A stretch of 62,993 nucleotides of DNA, the filler included, from Octopus bimaculoides (lineage: Eukaryota), in the NCBI RefSeq assembly GCF_001194135.2. It is 4 parts of 3 records of this genome, joined end to end, with 100 filler letters (N's around TTAATTAATTAA, not from the genome) between each part and the next. Parts side by side here need not be neighbours in the genome. Positions count along the whole stretch, not along the records: positions 49,154 to 52,758 come from NW_026353263.1; positions 52,859 to 62,993 come from NC_068981.1; 2 more parts are not named here. One strand, given 5' to 3'. Positions 51,950 through 62,908 of this stretch are shown piece after piece. The notes under the pieces were generated by a model. The model saw nothing but the letters and a program-made list of their open reading frames with translations. It ran no database searches and was not told the origin of the DNA. Position 1 is the first letter of the stretch. The number at the start of each line of letters is the position of its first letter. Both the position numbers and the translations under genes were made by a program.

Positions 51950-52352
51950 TAATGATAATATGTCTCAGGTACTTTACATGCAGGTGGCATGTAAAATACA
52001 CCATTTTGAGCGTGGCCGTTGCCAGTACCGCCTGACTGGCCTTCATAGGATTTTTGAGCGAGATTGTTGCCAGTGCCCCTGGACTGGCTCTTGTGCGGGT
52101 GGCACATAAAGTACACCATTTTGAGCGTGGCCATTGCCAGTATCGCCTGACTGGCCTTCGTGCTGGTGGCATATAAAAGCACCCACTACACTCTCGGAGT
52201 GATTGGCGTTAGGAAGGGCATCCAGCTGTAGAAACTCTACCAAATCAGATTGGAGCCTGGTGGGGGCCATCTGGTTCACCAGTCCTCAGTCAAATCGTCC
52301 AACCCATGCTAGCATGGAAAGCGGACGTTAAACGACGATGATGATGATGATG
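51950..52352 (+). mobile_element. RTE 3'-UTR/tail retrocopy
   Basis: Tandem units plus ggcgttaggaagggcatccagctgtagaaac...ccatgctagcatggaaagcggacgttaaacgacgatgatgatg. Confidence 0.85.
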
Positions 52353-52858
52353 ATAATATATATATCAATGATTTAATATCTTACTAACTAATATAAGAAT
52401 CACTTTCCTATACATATTCCACTGCTTTAATATCAATCACCACACAACTACTGGGTGTATATACGTACAAAGGAGTGTATACTAATGCGTGTATGTATCC
52501 ATGTACATACATACACACACATATATATGTGTGTGTGCGTATACATGTGTAAGTATGTTTGTGTGTATGTATGCATATATATATATGTGTGTGTGCGTGC
52601 ACATTCATGTATATGTATGAAATTATATGTGTAGGTGTTTGTATATATTTGTTTTTTAAAAAAATATATATGTACAAGTATGTGTATATGGTTGGATGTA
52701 TGTATGTTTATGTATGTGTATGTAAATATATGGATATATGTATATATGTATATATATANNNNNNNNNNNNNNNNNNNNNNNNNNNNNNNNNNNNNNNNNN
52801 NNTTAATTAATTAANNNNNNNNNNNNNNNNNNNNNNNNNNNNNNNNNNNNNNNNNNNN

Positions 52859-52915
<57 letters not shown>

Positions 52916-52953
52916 TGATTTATGTCATATTATATTTCTCCACTGTTTCTCAG

Positions 52954-53084
52954 ATGTCATCCAAGTGATAGACAGAAAAACAAGAATGAAGCCAGAAAGT
53001 TATTCATATTAGCTGACAACAACACAGACCAACAACTCACTTACACAGAACTGGAATCGGCTTTCATGTCTTTTGATTCAGACA
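52954..53084 (+). CDS. Internal exon of an EF-hand calcium-binding protein
   Basis: Acceptor tatttctccactgtttctcAG| (52952-52953) and donor A|GTAAGT (53085). 131 nt reading CHPSDRQKNKNEARKLFILADNNTDQQLTYTELESAFMSFDSD. It contains a 12-residue EF loop D-N-N-T-D-Q-Q-L-T-Y-T-E and the start of a second loop (FDSD) cut by the intron. Other exons were not found. Confidence 0.75.
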
Positions 53085-53779
53085 GTAAGTTCTTCACTTC
53101 ACACTTTTACAAAGTTGTTGCTGGTGTTGTTGTTATTGTTGCTTAGCCATTCCTAATCTAGAAGACCTAATGTCAAAAGCATTCCAGGCATGAACATAAC
53201 ATACATTCATTTTTTATTTTTTCATACTTGTCCTTCCTTTTATAGTGGGAAGACTGGCTGCACTAGCGTAACGCCAGCAGGGAAACGCTAGGGGTGGTCC
53301 ACCCCAGGTGGCACTTTTCATCTGGTTTTAGGCTATGTGTCTTTTGTGGGGTTCAGGGGCAGCAAACAGAAGGGCTGCTCTAGATAGCACACACTCTGGC
53401 TACGCTAGTGTCTGGCAGGTATTTCTAGCAAGTCAAACAATTTTGTAGCAGCTTTCTTCATGTGGGTTTTACAGTTTTACAAAGCTAGATTAGAAAATGT
53501 CTCTTTGTTAAAAAAGAAAGCTTTTAATGTGTCACCTTTAAATTAATAATTTGTTTTCAAATATTAGCAGAGCCAGCAACTGTAGTGGGAGAGATAAATC
53601 AATAACATTGACCTCTAGTATTTGACTGGCACATTATTTTATTAACCCTGAAAGGATGCAAAACAAAATTGACCTCGACTGGATTTGAACCCAGAATGTA
53701 AAGAGCCAAAAGAAATACTGCTACACATTTTGTCTGAGGCACTAACGATTCTGCCATCTCACTGTCTTAATAATAATCA

Positions 53780-54535
53780 TCATCATCATCATCATCGTTT
53801 AACGTCCGCTTTCCATGCTAGCATGGGTTGGACGACTTGACTGAGGACTGGTGAAACCGGATGACAACACCAGGCACCAATCTAAATTCGGCAGAGTTTC
53901 TACAGCTGGATGCCCTTCCTAACGCCAACCACTCAGAGAGTGTAGTAGGTGCTTTTACGTGTCACCTGCACGAAGGGCAGTCAGGCGATACTGGCAACGG
54001 CCACGCTCGAAATGGTGTCTTTTATGTGCCNNNNNNNNNNNNNNNNNNNNNNNNNNNNNNNNNNNNNNNNNNNNNNNNNNNNNNNNNNNNNNNNNNNNNN
54101 NNNNNNNNNNNNNNNNNNNNNNNNNNNNNNNNNNNNNNNNNNNNNNNNNNNNNNNNNNNNNNNNNNNNNNNNNNNNNNNNNNNNNNNNNNNNNNNNNNNN
54201 NNNNNNNNNNNNNNNNNNNNNNNNNNNNNNNNNNNNNNNNNNNNNNNNNNNNNNNNNNNNNNNNNNNNNNNNNNNNNNNNNNNNNNNNNNNNNNNNNNNN
54301 NNNNNNNNNNNNNNNNNNNNNNNNNNNNNNNNNNNNNNNNNNNNNNNNNNNNNNNNNNNNNNCGTCTCTCTTGCACACCACAACTGATGCTTCTAATGTT
54401 CAGCTTTTCTCTCAAGATACTTACACTCTGACGGGTATTCACATTGACATTACATATCCAACGGAGCATACTGGCTTCATTCCTTGCGAGCTTACGTATG
54501 TCCTCAGCAGTTACAGCCCATGTTTCACTGCCATA
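53780..54535 (-). mobile_element. 5'-truncated RTE copy spanning a gap
   Basis: Tail reverse complement at 53780-54030. Peptide YGSETWAVTAEDIRKLARNEASMLRWICNVNVNTRQSVSILREKLNIRSISCGVQER at about 54362-54535. Confidence 0.85.
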
Positions 54536-54895
54536 ATTTATTTCTTTATTGCCCACAGGGGGGCTAAACATAGAAGGGACAAACAAGGACAGACAAAGCG
54601 ATTAAGTCAATTACATCGACCCCAGTGTGTAACTGGTACTTATTTAATTGACTCTGAAAGGATGAAAGGCAAAGTTGACCTTGGTGGAATTTGAACTCAG
54701 AACGTGAAGACGGACGAAATGCTGCAAAGTATTTTGCCCGGCGTGCTAACCATTCTGCCAGTTCATCACCTTAATAACAATAATAATAATAATAATAGTA
54801 TTAATAATATATTTTAAAAAGGATTGACGTAACTCTTCACAAAGGTAAACAGTCTAGACAAAGAGCGCAATTCGATTGTATAAATGTTTTATTCG

Positions 54896-54938
54896 TTGAA
54901 CAATATTTCAACAATACGTCTGTCTTTGTCAAGTTCAA
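54896..54938 (-). ncRNA. Mirror copy of the U3-A8 hammerhead motif
   Basis: Reverse complement reads TTGAAC TTGACAA A GACAG acgta TTGTT GAAA TA TT GTTCAA, one substitution (in stem II) from the + copy. Confidence 0.55.
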
Positions 54939-55104
54939 AACAAGAGGTGATTAAAAATTCAAAATTACAGAAATCTAAACGTATAGTATGAACGAGAGTA
55001 ACCAGCATCCAAACGTCATTCCATCAACGTATGGACACTGGTTACTCTCGTTCATACTTTATGTTTAAATTTCTGAAATTTTGAACTTTTAATCACCTCT
55101 TGTT

Positions 55105-55147
55105 TTGAACTTGACAAAGACAGACGTACTGTTGAAATATTGTTCAA
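55105..55147 (+). ncRNA. Minimal hammerhead motif, U3-A8 core variant
   Basis: TTGAAC (stem I) - TTGACAA (55111-55117) - extra A - GACAG acgta CTGTT (stem II) - GAAA (55134-55137) - TA - T,T - GTTCAA (stem I'). Confidence 0.6.
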
Positions 55148-55196
55148 CGAATAAAATATCTATACAATCGAATCTAATAATAATAATAATAATAAT

Positions 55197-55525
55197 CTAA
55201 ATACTTTAAGATCATAGACTTTACAATACCATATGATAATAGGATGGATGCCAAATGAATTTAGAAAATTGCAAACTATCAAGAGATGAGGAGATTGTGG
55301 AAGTCAATTATTCCTGTGTTAATTGATGCAATTAGCATGACACTCAACTGCTACCTAAGAGACTGAAATAGATTGGAATTGACACTTGCGCTGGTGATCT
55401 GCAAAGTAAGTGCCATCTTGCATTCGGCAAGAATCCTAAGAAAAATTCTGGAGATTCAAAGAAACTTGTCACCAAACTTGAAGATAACATCGCTGCTAAG
55501 CAAAGTAGAATGTAATAAGCTTTAT
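55197..55525 (+). mobile_element. 3' relic of a Dong/R4-like retrotransposon lying between (TAA)n tracts
   Basis: FKIIDFTIPYDNRMDAK*I*KIANYQEMRRLWKSIIPVLIDAI...AILHSARILRKILEI, with (TAA)n at 55175-55196 and taataataat just after the element. Confidence 0.75.
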
Positions 55526-55705
55526 AATAATAATGATGATAATGATGATGATGGTTTATTTGTAACAGAGCCATCAGATACATTAGGACAGCTTACAACA
55601 TGTTGGGGTTTACATACAAGGATGAGGAGGAGAAAAGGAGAAAAGGAGAGTTAATTAAGATAAGCATATACATAGCATACAAAATATGTGAACATATACA
55701 AAGGG

Positions 55706-56100
55706 GCAGGCAGGGCTGTGTGGTAAGAAGCTTGCTTCCCAACCACATGGTTCTGAGTTCAGTCCCACTGCGTGGTACCTTGGGCGAATATCTTGTTATA
55801 ACTCAGGCCAACCAAAGCCTTGTCAGTGGATTTTGTAGATGGAAACTGAAAGAAGCACTTCGTCTGTGTGTGTGTGTGTATCTGTCTGTCTGTCTGTGTT
55901 TGTCCCCCATCACTGCTTCACAAACAGTGTTGGTGTATTTACATCTCCGTAACTTAGCAGTCTGGCAAAAGAGACCGGCAGAATAAGTATCAAGCTTAAA
56001 AAATGTAAATACTGGGGTCAATTCATTCAACTAAAATTCTTCAAGGCGGTGCCCCAGCATGGCCACAGTCTGAATGACTGAAACAAGTAAAAGATAAAAG
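55706..56100 (+). mobile_element. tRNA-headed SINE, family A (internal microsatellite)
   Basis: ggctgtgtggtaagaagcttgcttcccaaccacatggttctgagttcagtcccactgcg...gaatgactgaaacaagtaaaag. Other + copies at about 6324-6590, 20765-20890, 21178-21540, 22749-23150 and 29087-29250. Confidence 0.88.
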
Positions 56101-56435
56101 ACATTAATGATGCAGTCCTCTAAATACAAGAACATCCCCAATCATAAACTGTCCAAAATATTCCAAGTGGCACATAAAAAGCACCCACTACACTCTCAGA
56201 GGGGTTGGCATTAAGAAGAGCATCCAGCTGTAGAAACTATGCCAAATCAGACTGGAACCTGGTGCAGCTCCCCAGCTTACCAGTTTTCAGTCAAACTGTC
56301 CAACCCATGCCAGCATGGAAAGCGGACGTTAAGTGATGATGATGACGATGACAATGATGAATTCCTTAGGAGTGCATTAAAACATAAGAAACGGCAGAGC
56401 ACAGGAGGACATGTTTTATGAAGAATAGGGAATGT

Positions 56436-56525
56436 TTTATCAAACCCCAGCCCCTACCCGTCAACTGTATTATCAAACCCCAGCCCCTACCCGTCAACTG
56501 TATTATCAAACCCCAGCCCCTACCC
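56436..56525 (+). repeat. 33-bp minisatellite running into a ~640-N gap
   Basis: The unit tattatcaaaccccagcccctacccgtcaactg is seen about 2.7 times before the gap. Confidence 0.85.
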
Positions 56526-57164
56526 NNNNNNNNNNNNNNNNNNNNNNNNNNNNNNNNNNNNNNNNNNNNNNNNNNNNNNNNNNNNNNNNNNNNNNNNNNN
56601 NNNNNNNNNNNNNNNNNNNNNNNNNNNNNNNNNNNNNNNNNNNNNNNNNNNNNNNNNNNNNNNNNNNNNNNNNNNNNNNNNNNNNNNNNNNNNNNNNNNN
56701 NNNNNNNNNNNNNNNNNNNNNNNNNNNNNNNNNNNNNNNNNNNNNNNNNNNNNNNNNNNNNNNNNNNNNNNNNNNNNNNNNNNNNNNNNNNNNNNNNNNN
56801 NNNNNNNNNNNNNNNNNNNNNNNNNNNNNNNNNNNNNNNNNNNNNNNNNNNNNNNNNNNNNNNNNNNNNNNNNNNNNNNNNNNNNNNNNNNNNNNNNNNN
56901 NNNNNNNNNNNNNNNNNNNNNNNNNNNNNNNNNNNNNNNNNNNNNNNNNNNNNNNNNNNNNNNNNNNNNNNNNNNNNNNNNNNNNNNNNNNNNNNNNNNN
57001 NNNNNNNNNNNNNNNNNNNNNNNNNNNNNNNNNNNNNNNNNNNNNNNNNNNNNNNNNNNNNNNNNNNNNNNNNNNNNNNNNNNNNNNNNNNNNNNNNNNN
57101 NNNNNNNNNNNNNNNNNNNNNNNNNNNNNNNNNNNNNNNNNNNNNNNNNNNNNNNNNNNNNNNC

Positions 57165-57535
57165 ATTTGACTGTGGCCATACTGGAGTACCACCTTTAGT
57201 CAACCAAATCGACCCCAGGATTTATTCTTTGTAAGCCTAGTACTTATTCTATTGGTCTCTTTTGCTGAACTGCTAATTTACAGGGATGTAAACACACCAG
57301 CATCGGTTGTCAAGCGATGTTGGGGGGACAAACACAGACACACAAACATATACACATACATACATATATGCCAGGCTTCTTTCAGTTTCCGTCTACCAAA
57401 TCCACTCACAAGACTTTGGTCGGCCCGAGGCTATAGTAGAAGACACTTGCCCAAGGTGCTACACAGTGGGAATGAACCCAGATCCATGTGGTTGGTAAGC
57501 AAGCTACTTACCACACAGCCACTCCTATGCCTATA
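57165..57535 (-). mobile_element. SINE family A, reverse orientation
   Basis: Reverse complement of the family A sequence. Other - copies at about 5110-5435, 7725-7870, 22180-22330 and 58225-58385. Confidence 0.88.
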
Positions 57536-58617
57536 GTTTACATTTATTTCACTGACACCTCTAATAATTTTGATATCTCTATTCAGAAAGAGAACTGCTT
57601 CTTGCATCAATCCTGTAGGTGTCTCTGGATATTCTCAGTCATAAGCAACCAAATGCACCCACCTTTTCTTTGTCCTACCCTCACCCTCCACCATCACCAA
57701 CAACTACAACAAAACTAATGCCGTTCTATCAAAATTGCTGGACTTGTGTCTAAATCATTATCATTTAATGTCCGCTTTCCATGCTGGCAGAGGTTGGACA
57801 AAAACAATTATTGTTGATATTATTATTAAGGTGGTGAGCTGGCAAAACCATTGGCATGTCAGATAAAATGCTTGATAGCATTTCTTCCAACTCTTTACGT
57901 CCTGAGTTCAATTCCTGCCAAAGTCAACTTTGTCTTTCATCCTCTTGGGTGGGGTGGAGGTGTCAATAAAGTAAGTACCAGCCTAGTACTGTGAGGCAAT
58001 GCCATCAACTAACCCCACTCCTCCAAAATTGCCTTGTAGTAAAATCTGAAAGGCAGTTGGCTGGCAGAATCGTTAGCAGACTGGACAAAACGCTTGATGA
58101 CATTTCATCCGTTTTTACATTCTGAGTTCAAACTCTGCCAAGGTCAACTTAGCCTTTCATCCTTTCAGAGTCAATAAAATAACTACAAGTTTTTACCCAC
58201 TCCCCCAATATATATATACATACACACACAACAAGCTTCTTTCAGTTTCTGTCTACCAAATCCACTCACAAGGCTTTGGTCGACCCGAGGCTATAGTAGA
58301 AGACACTTGCCCAAGGTGCCACGCAGTGGGACTGAACCCAGAACTATGTGGTTGGTAAGCAAGCTACTTACCACAGCACTACTGCACCTATATATTGCTG
58401 AAAAATTCGTTACTGGCCAGCCATGCCATATATGGATAGCTTATCCTGTTCATGCAATTTTATTAGTACTATCCTGCGTTTGAGAATAAAATTATTTCTG
58501 TATCTTTCCATACATCTCAACGCTTCTAAAGCAAACTTTGCTGGCTTACTTTCATCTTGATTTTGTATTTCTGCATTTTTCAATATTTTTCATTTCAGTT
58601 CAATAAACACAGTCAAT

Positions 58618-58995
58618 CATCAACATCATCGTTTAACGTCCGCTTTCCATGCTAGCATGGGTTGGACGATTTGACTGAGGACTGGCAAGCCAGAAGGTTG
58701 CACCAGGCTCCAATCTGATCTGGCAGAGTTTCTACAGCTGGATGCCCTTCCTAATGCCAACCACTCCAAGAGTGTAGTGGGTGCTTTTACGTACCACCGG
58801 CACGAGGGCCAGTCACACGGTACTGGCAACGGCCACGCTCTAAAAGGTGTTTTTTATGTGCCACCTGCATGGGAGCCAGTCCAGCGGCACTGGCAACGAC
58901 CTCGCTCGAATGATTTTCTAACATGCCACTAGCACAAGTGCTAGAAGGCAACGCTGGTAACGATTACGCTCAAATGGTGCTATTTACGGGCCACT
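58618..58995 (-). mobile_element. RTE 3'-UTR/tail retrocopy
   Basis: Reverse complement of the same tail. Further short copies lie at about 1380-1548, 6010-6170, 7905-8270, 10690-10880 and 56160-56355 (+), and 11915-12000 and 59545-59730 (-). Confidence 0.85.
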
Positions 58996-59542
58996 AGCAC
59001 GGAAGCCAGACAGCTGCTCTTCTATATTTTATTATATATCGCATTATGCTCGTCTTGTTGTGTATTTACCTTCAAGATGTGTTATGTCAAATTTCATTTA
59101 TTATTATTATTACTATTATTATTATTATCATCATCATTATTATTATGGTTTTGGTATTGTTTCAGGTTTTGAAATTATTTTAATGCTTTGCTAAGTTAAG
59201 AAGCAAATTCCGTCCTTTCTAAGAAGTTTCTAGGAGGAAGGAAGCTATGTGTAGATTCTTGTTATGTAACAGAAGTCCTTTTAGTCATTCCAGCCTTCAA
59301 GAGTAGAAATCCACAACGCATATTTGGCACCAGAATAGGTTTAAAATGTTGACGTAATCCACTCTTAGGAATGGCTGCCAACAATCATCTGTTTTGTGTT
59401 TCAAGCAGAAATAACTTATGGGAATAACTTTGAGAAAAAAAGTTTTTATTACATAAAGAGAAGTAAACATATTTTGTAAAATATAGTTTGTTGGGGCTAG
59501 GAAGGTAGGTGCAGTTGTTTACATACCTCTACATATCTATAT

Positions 59543-59590
<48 letters not shown>

Positions 59591-60444
59591 GTTTAATGTC
59601 CGCTTTCCATGCTAGCATGGGTTGGACGATTTGACTGAGGACTGGTGAAACCGGATGGCAACACCAGGCTCCAATCTGATTTGGCAGAGTTTCTACAGCT
59701 GGATGCCCTTCCTAACGCCAACCACTCCAAACCATGTACTAACCAAAGTGTGGATGTGTATACATTTATATGCAAAGTGTGTATGTGTATATACATACAT
59801 ACACACACATGTATACATATGCATATACGTGTGTGTGTGTGTGTAGATAGACAAACAGACAGACAGATAGTGAATAAAAGACAAAGGAACAAGAATTTAT
59901 GCAATGAACTTCATAATTTCCTGTTCCTTCGTCATTTATTTAATTAGTGCTGTGCAATGAGATTGAACTCAAAGCCATGCAGTTGTGAAGTAAACTTCTT
60001 AACCGCCCACATTACGCCTGCTGTTGTGATTGAGACAAAGTCATATCTGTTCTAACCAGAGGAGTTAAACAAGAAAATACATTGCATTTGGATGCGGACA
60101 GCTGCATCAAGAAGTGCTGATCATTAATTGTGGAGGGAATGTGCGGAAGGGGCTGACCCAGGACTTTGGGCCTCACAGAGGTGATGACATGGGACTGAGA
60201 CTTCTGGCAGTTTGCTGTGCTTGAGAAGCCATGTCAAGTTAAGTAAAATTGTGGTCATCCATAAATACAGGTGTCTCCTCTAAGTCCCTCTCTCTCAGCT
60301 GAGAGATCATAGTACTGAAGGCTCATGGGTGCTAGCATCAGGTAAAGGCAACCATGCTGGTACCGGCCAGCACCGCATAAGAGTGCCTGTGCTTGTGTCA
60401 CATAAGAAGCGCCCATGCTGGTGCCACGTAAAAACACCTGTGCT

Positions 60445-61240
60445 GACCAAGTAAAATAAGCAGGTGTTTAGGGCACCAAGCGAAGGAGGAGGCACCACGG
60501 AAATGGTAAATGGTTTACGGCACAAAAGAAATCACTTTAAACTTGATAAAATAATATTCGGGATGCCTTTATCTCTACTAAGTGTAGATGCATATGTGTT
60601 ACCTAAGATTAAATTTGAGGGTCTGATCAAAGACTCTGCAATTCAAAAAAGGGTATTACTTAAATATAGAGGTCCCGACGTGTCCCATAACGATATTAAG
60701 GGGAGGTAATCTAGTTTTATTAAACCTTAGACTTAGTTTCCGTCTGTCCTTTATGACTTGGACAACGCTACTTTAGCCCATCTCTTGTGCTTGTATCAGC
60801 AATTAGTGTTATTAGTCGTCCACATACTGTACATCTAAAATCTCTTGTGCGTAATACTCCGTCACTTTACAAAAAATGTATCAACTTCTGCGCATCGTTA
60901 GTAAGACTTATCAATTCAAATATCCATTTCGAGTTACACAAGGGCCGCTTATGTGAAGTCACAGTAGTTTTGGTAAAACTAGATTACTTCTCTTTAATAT
61001 TGTTATGGGACACGTTGGGACCTCTATATTTAAGTAGTACCCCCAAAAAGTTAGCGGAAACTTTTCAAATATAAATAAAGTGGGAGCATACAAAAATAAA
61101 CATTATTTTCCCTCTTACTGTGTTTTGTTTCGTTTTGAAAAATAGAAATTAACTTTATGGTTTGTTATTGTTTATATTTTGAATTAGGCATCAAAATCTT
61201 TTAAGAGCTTAGGGCCTCGATGGGTCTTAATCTGGCCCTG
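60445..61240. mobile_element. Non-autonomous hAT-like MITE (copy 2), carrying a nested TIR element
   Basis: Collinear with 50165-50571 once 60651-61042 is removed. Right end GGTCTTAATCTGGCCCTG. Confidence 0.65.
60651..61042. mobile_element. 392-bp MITE with about 70-bp GGG...CCC TIRs
   Basis: gggtattacttaaatatagaggtcccgacgtgtcccataacgatattaaggggaggtaatctagtttta matches the reverse complement of the right end with about 6 mismatches. Flanks TCAAAAAA / CCAAAAAG. Confidence 0.8.
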
Positions 61241-62908
61241 ACTTCAAGGCATTTCATCCGTCGTTACGTTCTCAGTTCAAATTCCTCCGAGGTCGACTTC
61301 GCCTTTCAAGTTCGATAAGATAAGTATGAATTGACTACTGGAGTCCATGTAATCGACTTAACCCCGTCCTCCGAAAACCCTGGTCTTGCGCCAAATTTTG
61401 AAGCCACTATATATTAATGTAGTTAGAAATATATTATCTATAGATTTATCACAACAGACGTGTTTAATAGCAACAATAAAGTTTAAATCAAGATTTTGAA
61501 CATTAATATAGTGAAGCAATATCTCTGAAAAGTCACTTAGAATTTGGCTTCTTTGATGGATTTCAAAGTCACTATCCAGACTTCCATTACAGGAAATTGT
61601 AAATCCAGAGACGAGAACTCCAACGAAAGTTTTGAAATGGCTTCTGATTGTTAAGAGGTGGCTGAGTAGATTCTCTTATCTGACATGAATAATAAGTCTG
61701 TTAAATGGAGTTATTATTTTCTCATGTTTTCAGTGTGTGATCTTAAAGTATAAATGAAAGATAAGTGTGTGTGTGACAGAGAGAGAGAGAGAAATGGATA
61801 CATTCCGAATGAAAAGATTTATGATACTTAACCCGCAGTATAGTAACTACCAGTTACATTTACGTAGATTTAAGCAGACTGATTGAATAAAACTGCTTTC
61901 AACAAGTCGTAGAAGTAAATCTGGAATACTGGTAGTTCTGCCAACATTGGGTGAAACAGGAGATATTTACTGGAAACAATCGGAATCACGTTTCAATTGT
62001 ACAGTTTTCGGTTAACAGTCAACAAGATTTCTTAGTACGAAACCCGAGATACTTCCGCCTAACTAAAAATAATAAACGTCCATGTTTACAGTTCGTCTAA
62101 GATGAATATAGATCTTGCTACTACTAACGGTTACTTGTAACTAAGTCTAAAAGTAAAGAGAACAAAAATAAAGAAAGAAGAAACTTCTGTCTGTTCACGC
62201 GTTTTAAGTGTGTGACTGAGGTTAGTTAAGAAATTACTAAACCAATTTAGCAGATAAGCTGTTGCGGTTAATCTCTGAGAAAATCAAGGTTAATTATATA
62301 TAACTAGCTTAAAGGATTCTGTTCAACAGAATTTGATAAGCAACTTATTTAAAGGGGAACTGTTTGCTAAAGTAAAAGCATAGTACTACGGGGAATCGTG
62401 CAATTTAAAGGTTTAAAACATGAAAGTAAGAAAATTGACACGACAGTATGGAATGACAGACAATGAAGGTGGAACGGTACTTGTTATATTTTGTCTTCAT
62501 TTCAGAGGCAAGAGTGCACCATCCACCCCTATCGACTTTGATTTATCATAACTCAGAAAAAAAGTGTGTTTATTTAATGAAATTTTCGATGAGTGTCTTT
62601 CAGATGGTATAGATTATGAGAACCCAGGTAAAAAAAAGTCACGGTAATAAAGTTACAGGGGTTTTGTCCGGATCCGGCCACCATAAATTAAGTGTGACTT
62701 TTTTTCCTAGCCAAAATTGTAACTTTTTCTTTCTTCATACCTTTTAGAAAAATAGGTATTTTTAGTGAAACTTTGTACAAATGCCATCCAGATAGTGTAG
62801 AGTAAGATTATATCGGACTTTAAGCGTGAAAAAAAAAAAGAATGGTGGGCGCGCGCACATATATACTGATACACATCGCAATTTTTTTCCAGCTTCATTT
62901 CATAGATA

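Larger units (their letters stand above)
54870..55173. mobile_element. 304-bp fold-back element (142-bp arms, 20-nt spacer) with a hammerhead motif in each arm
   Basis: 54870-55011 is the reverse complement of 55032-55173, with roughly ten scattered mismatches (counted by eye). Confidence 0.85.
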
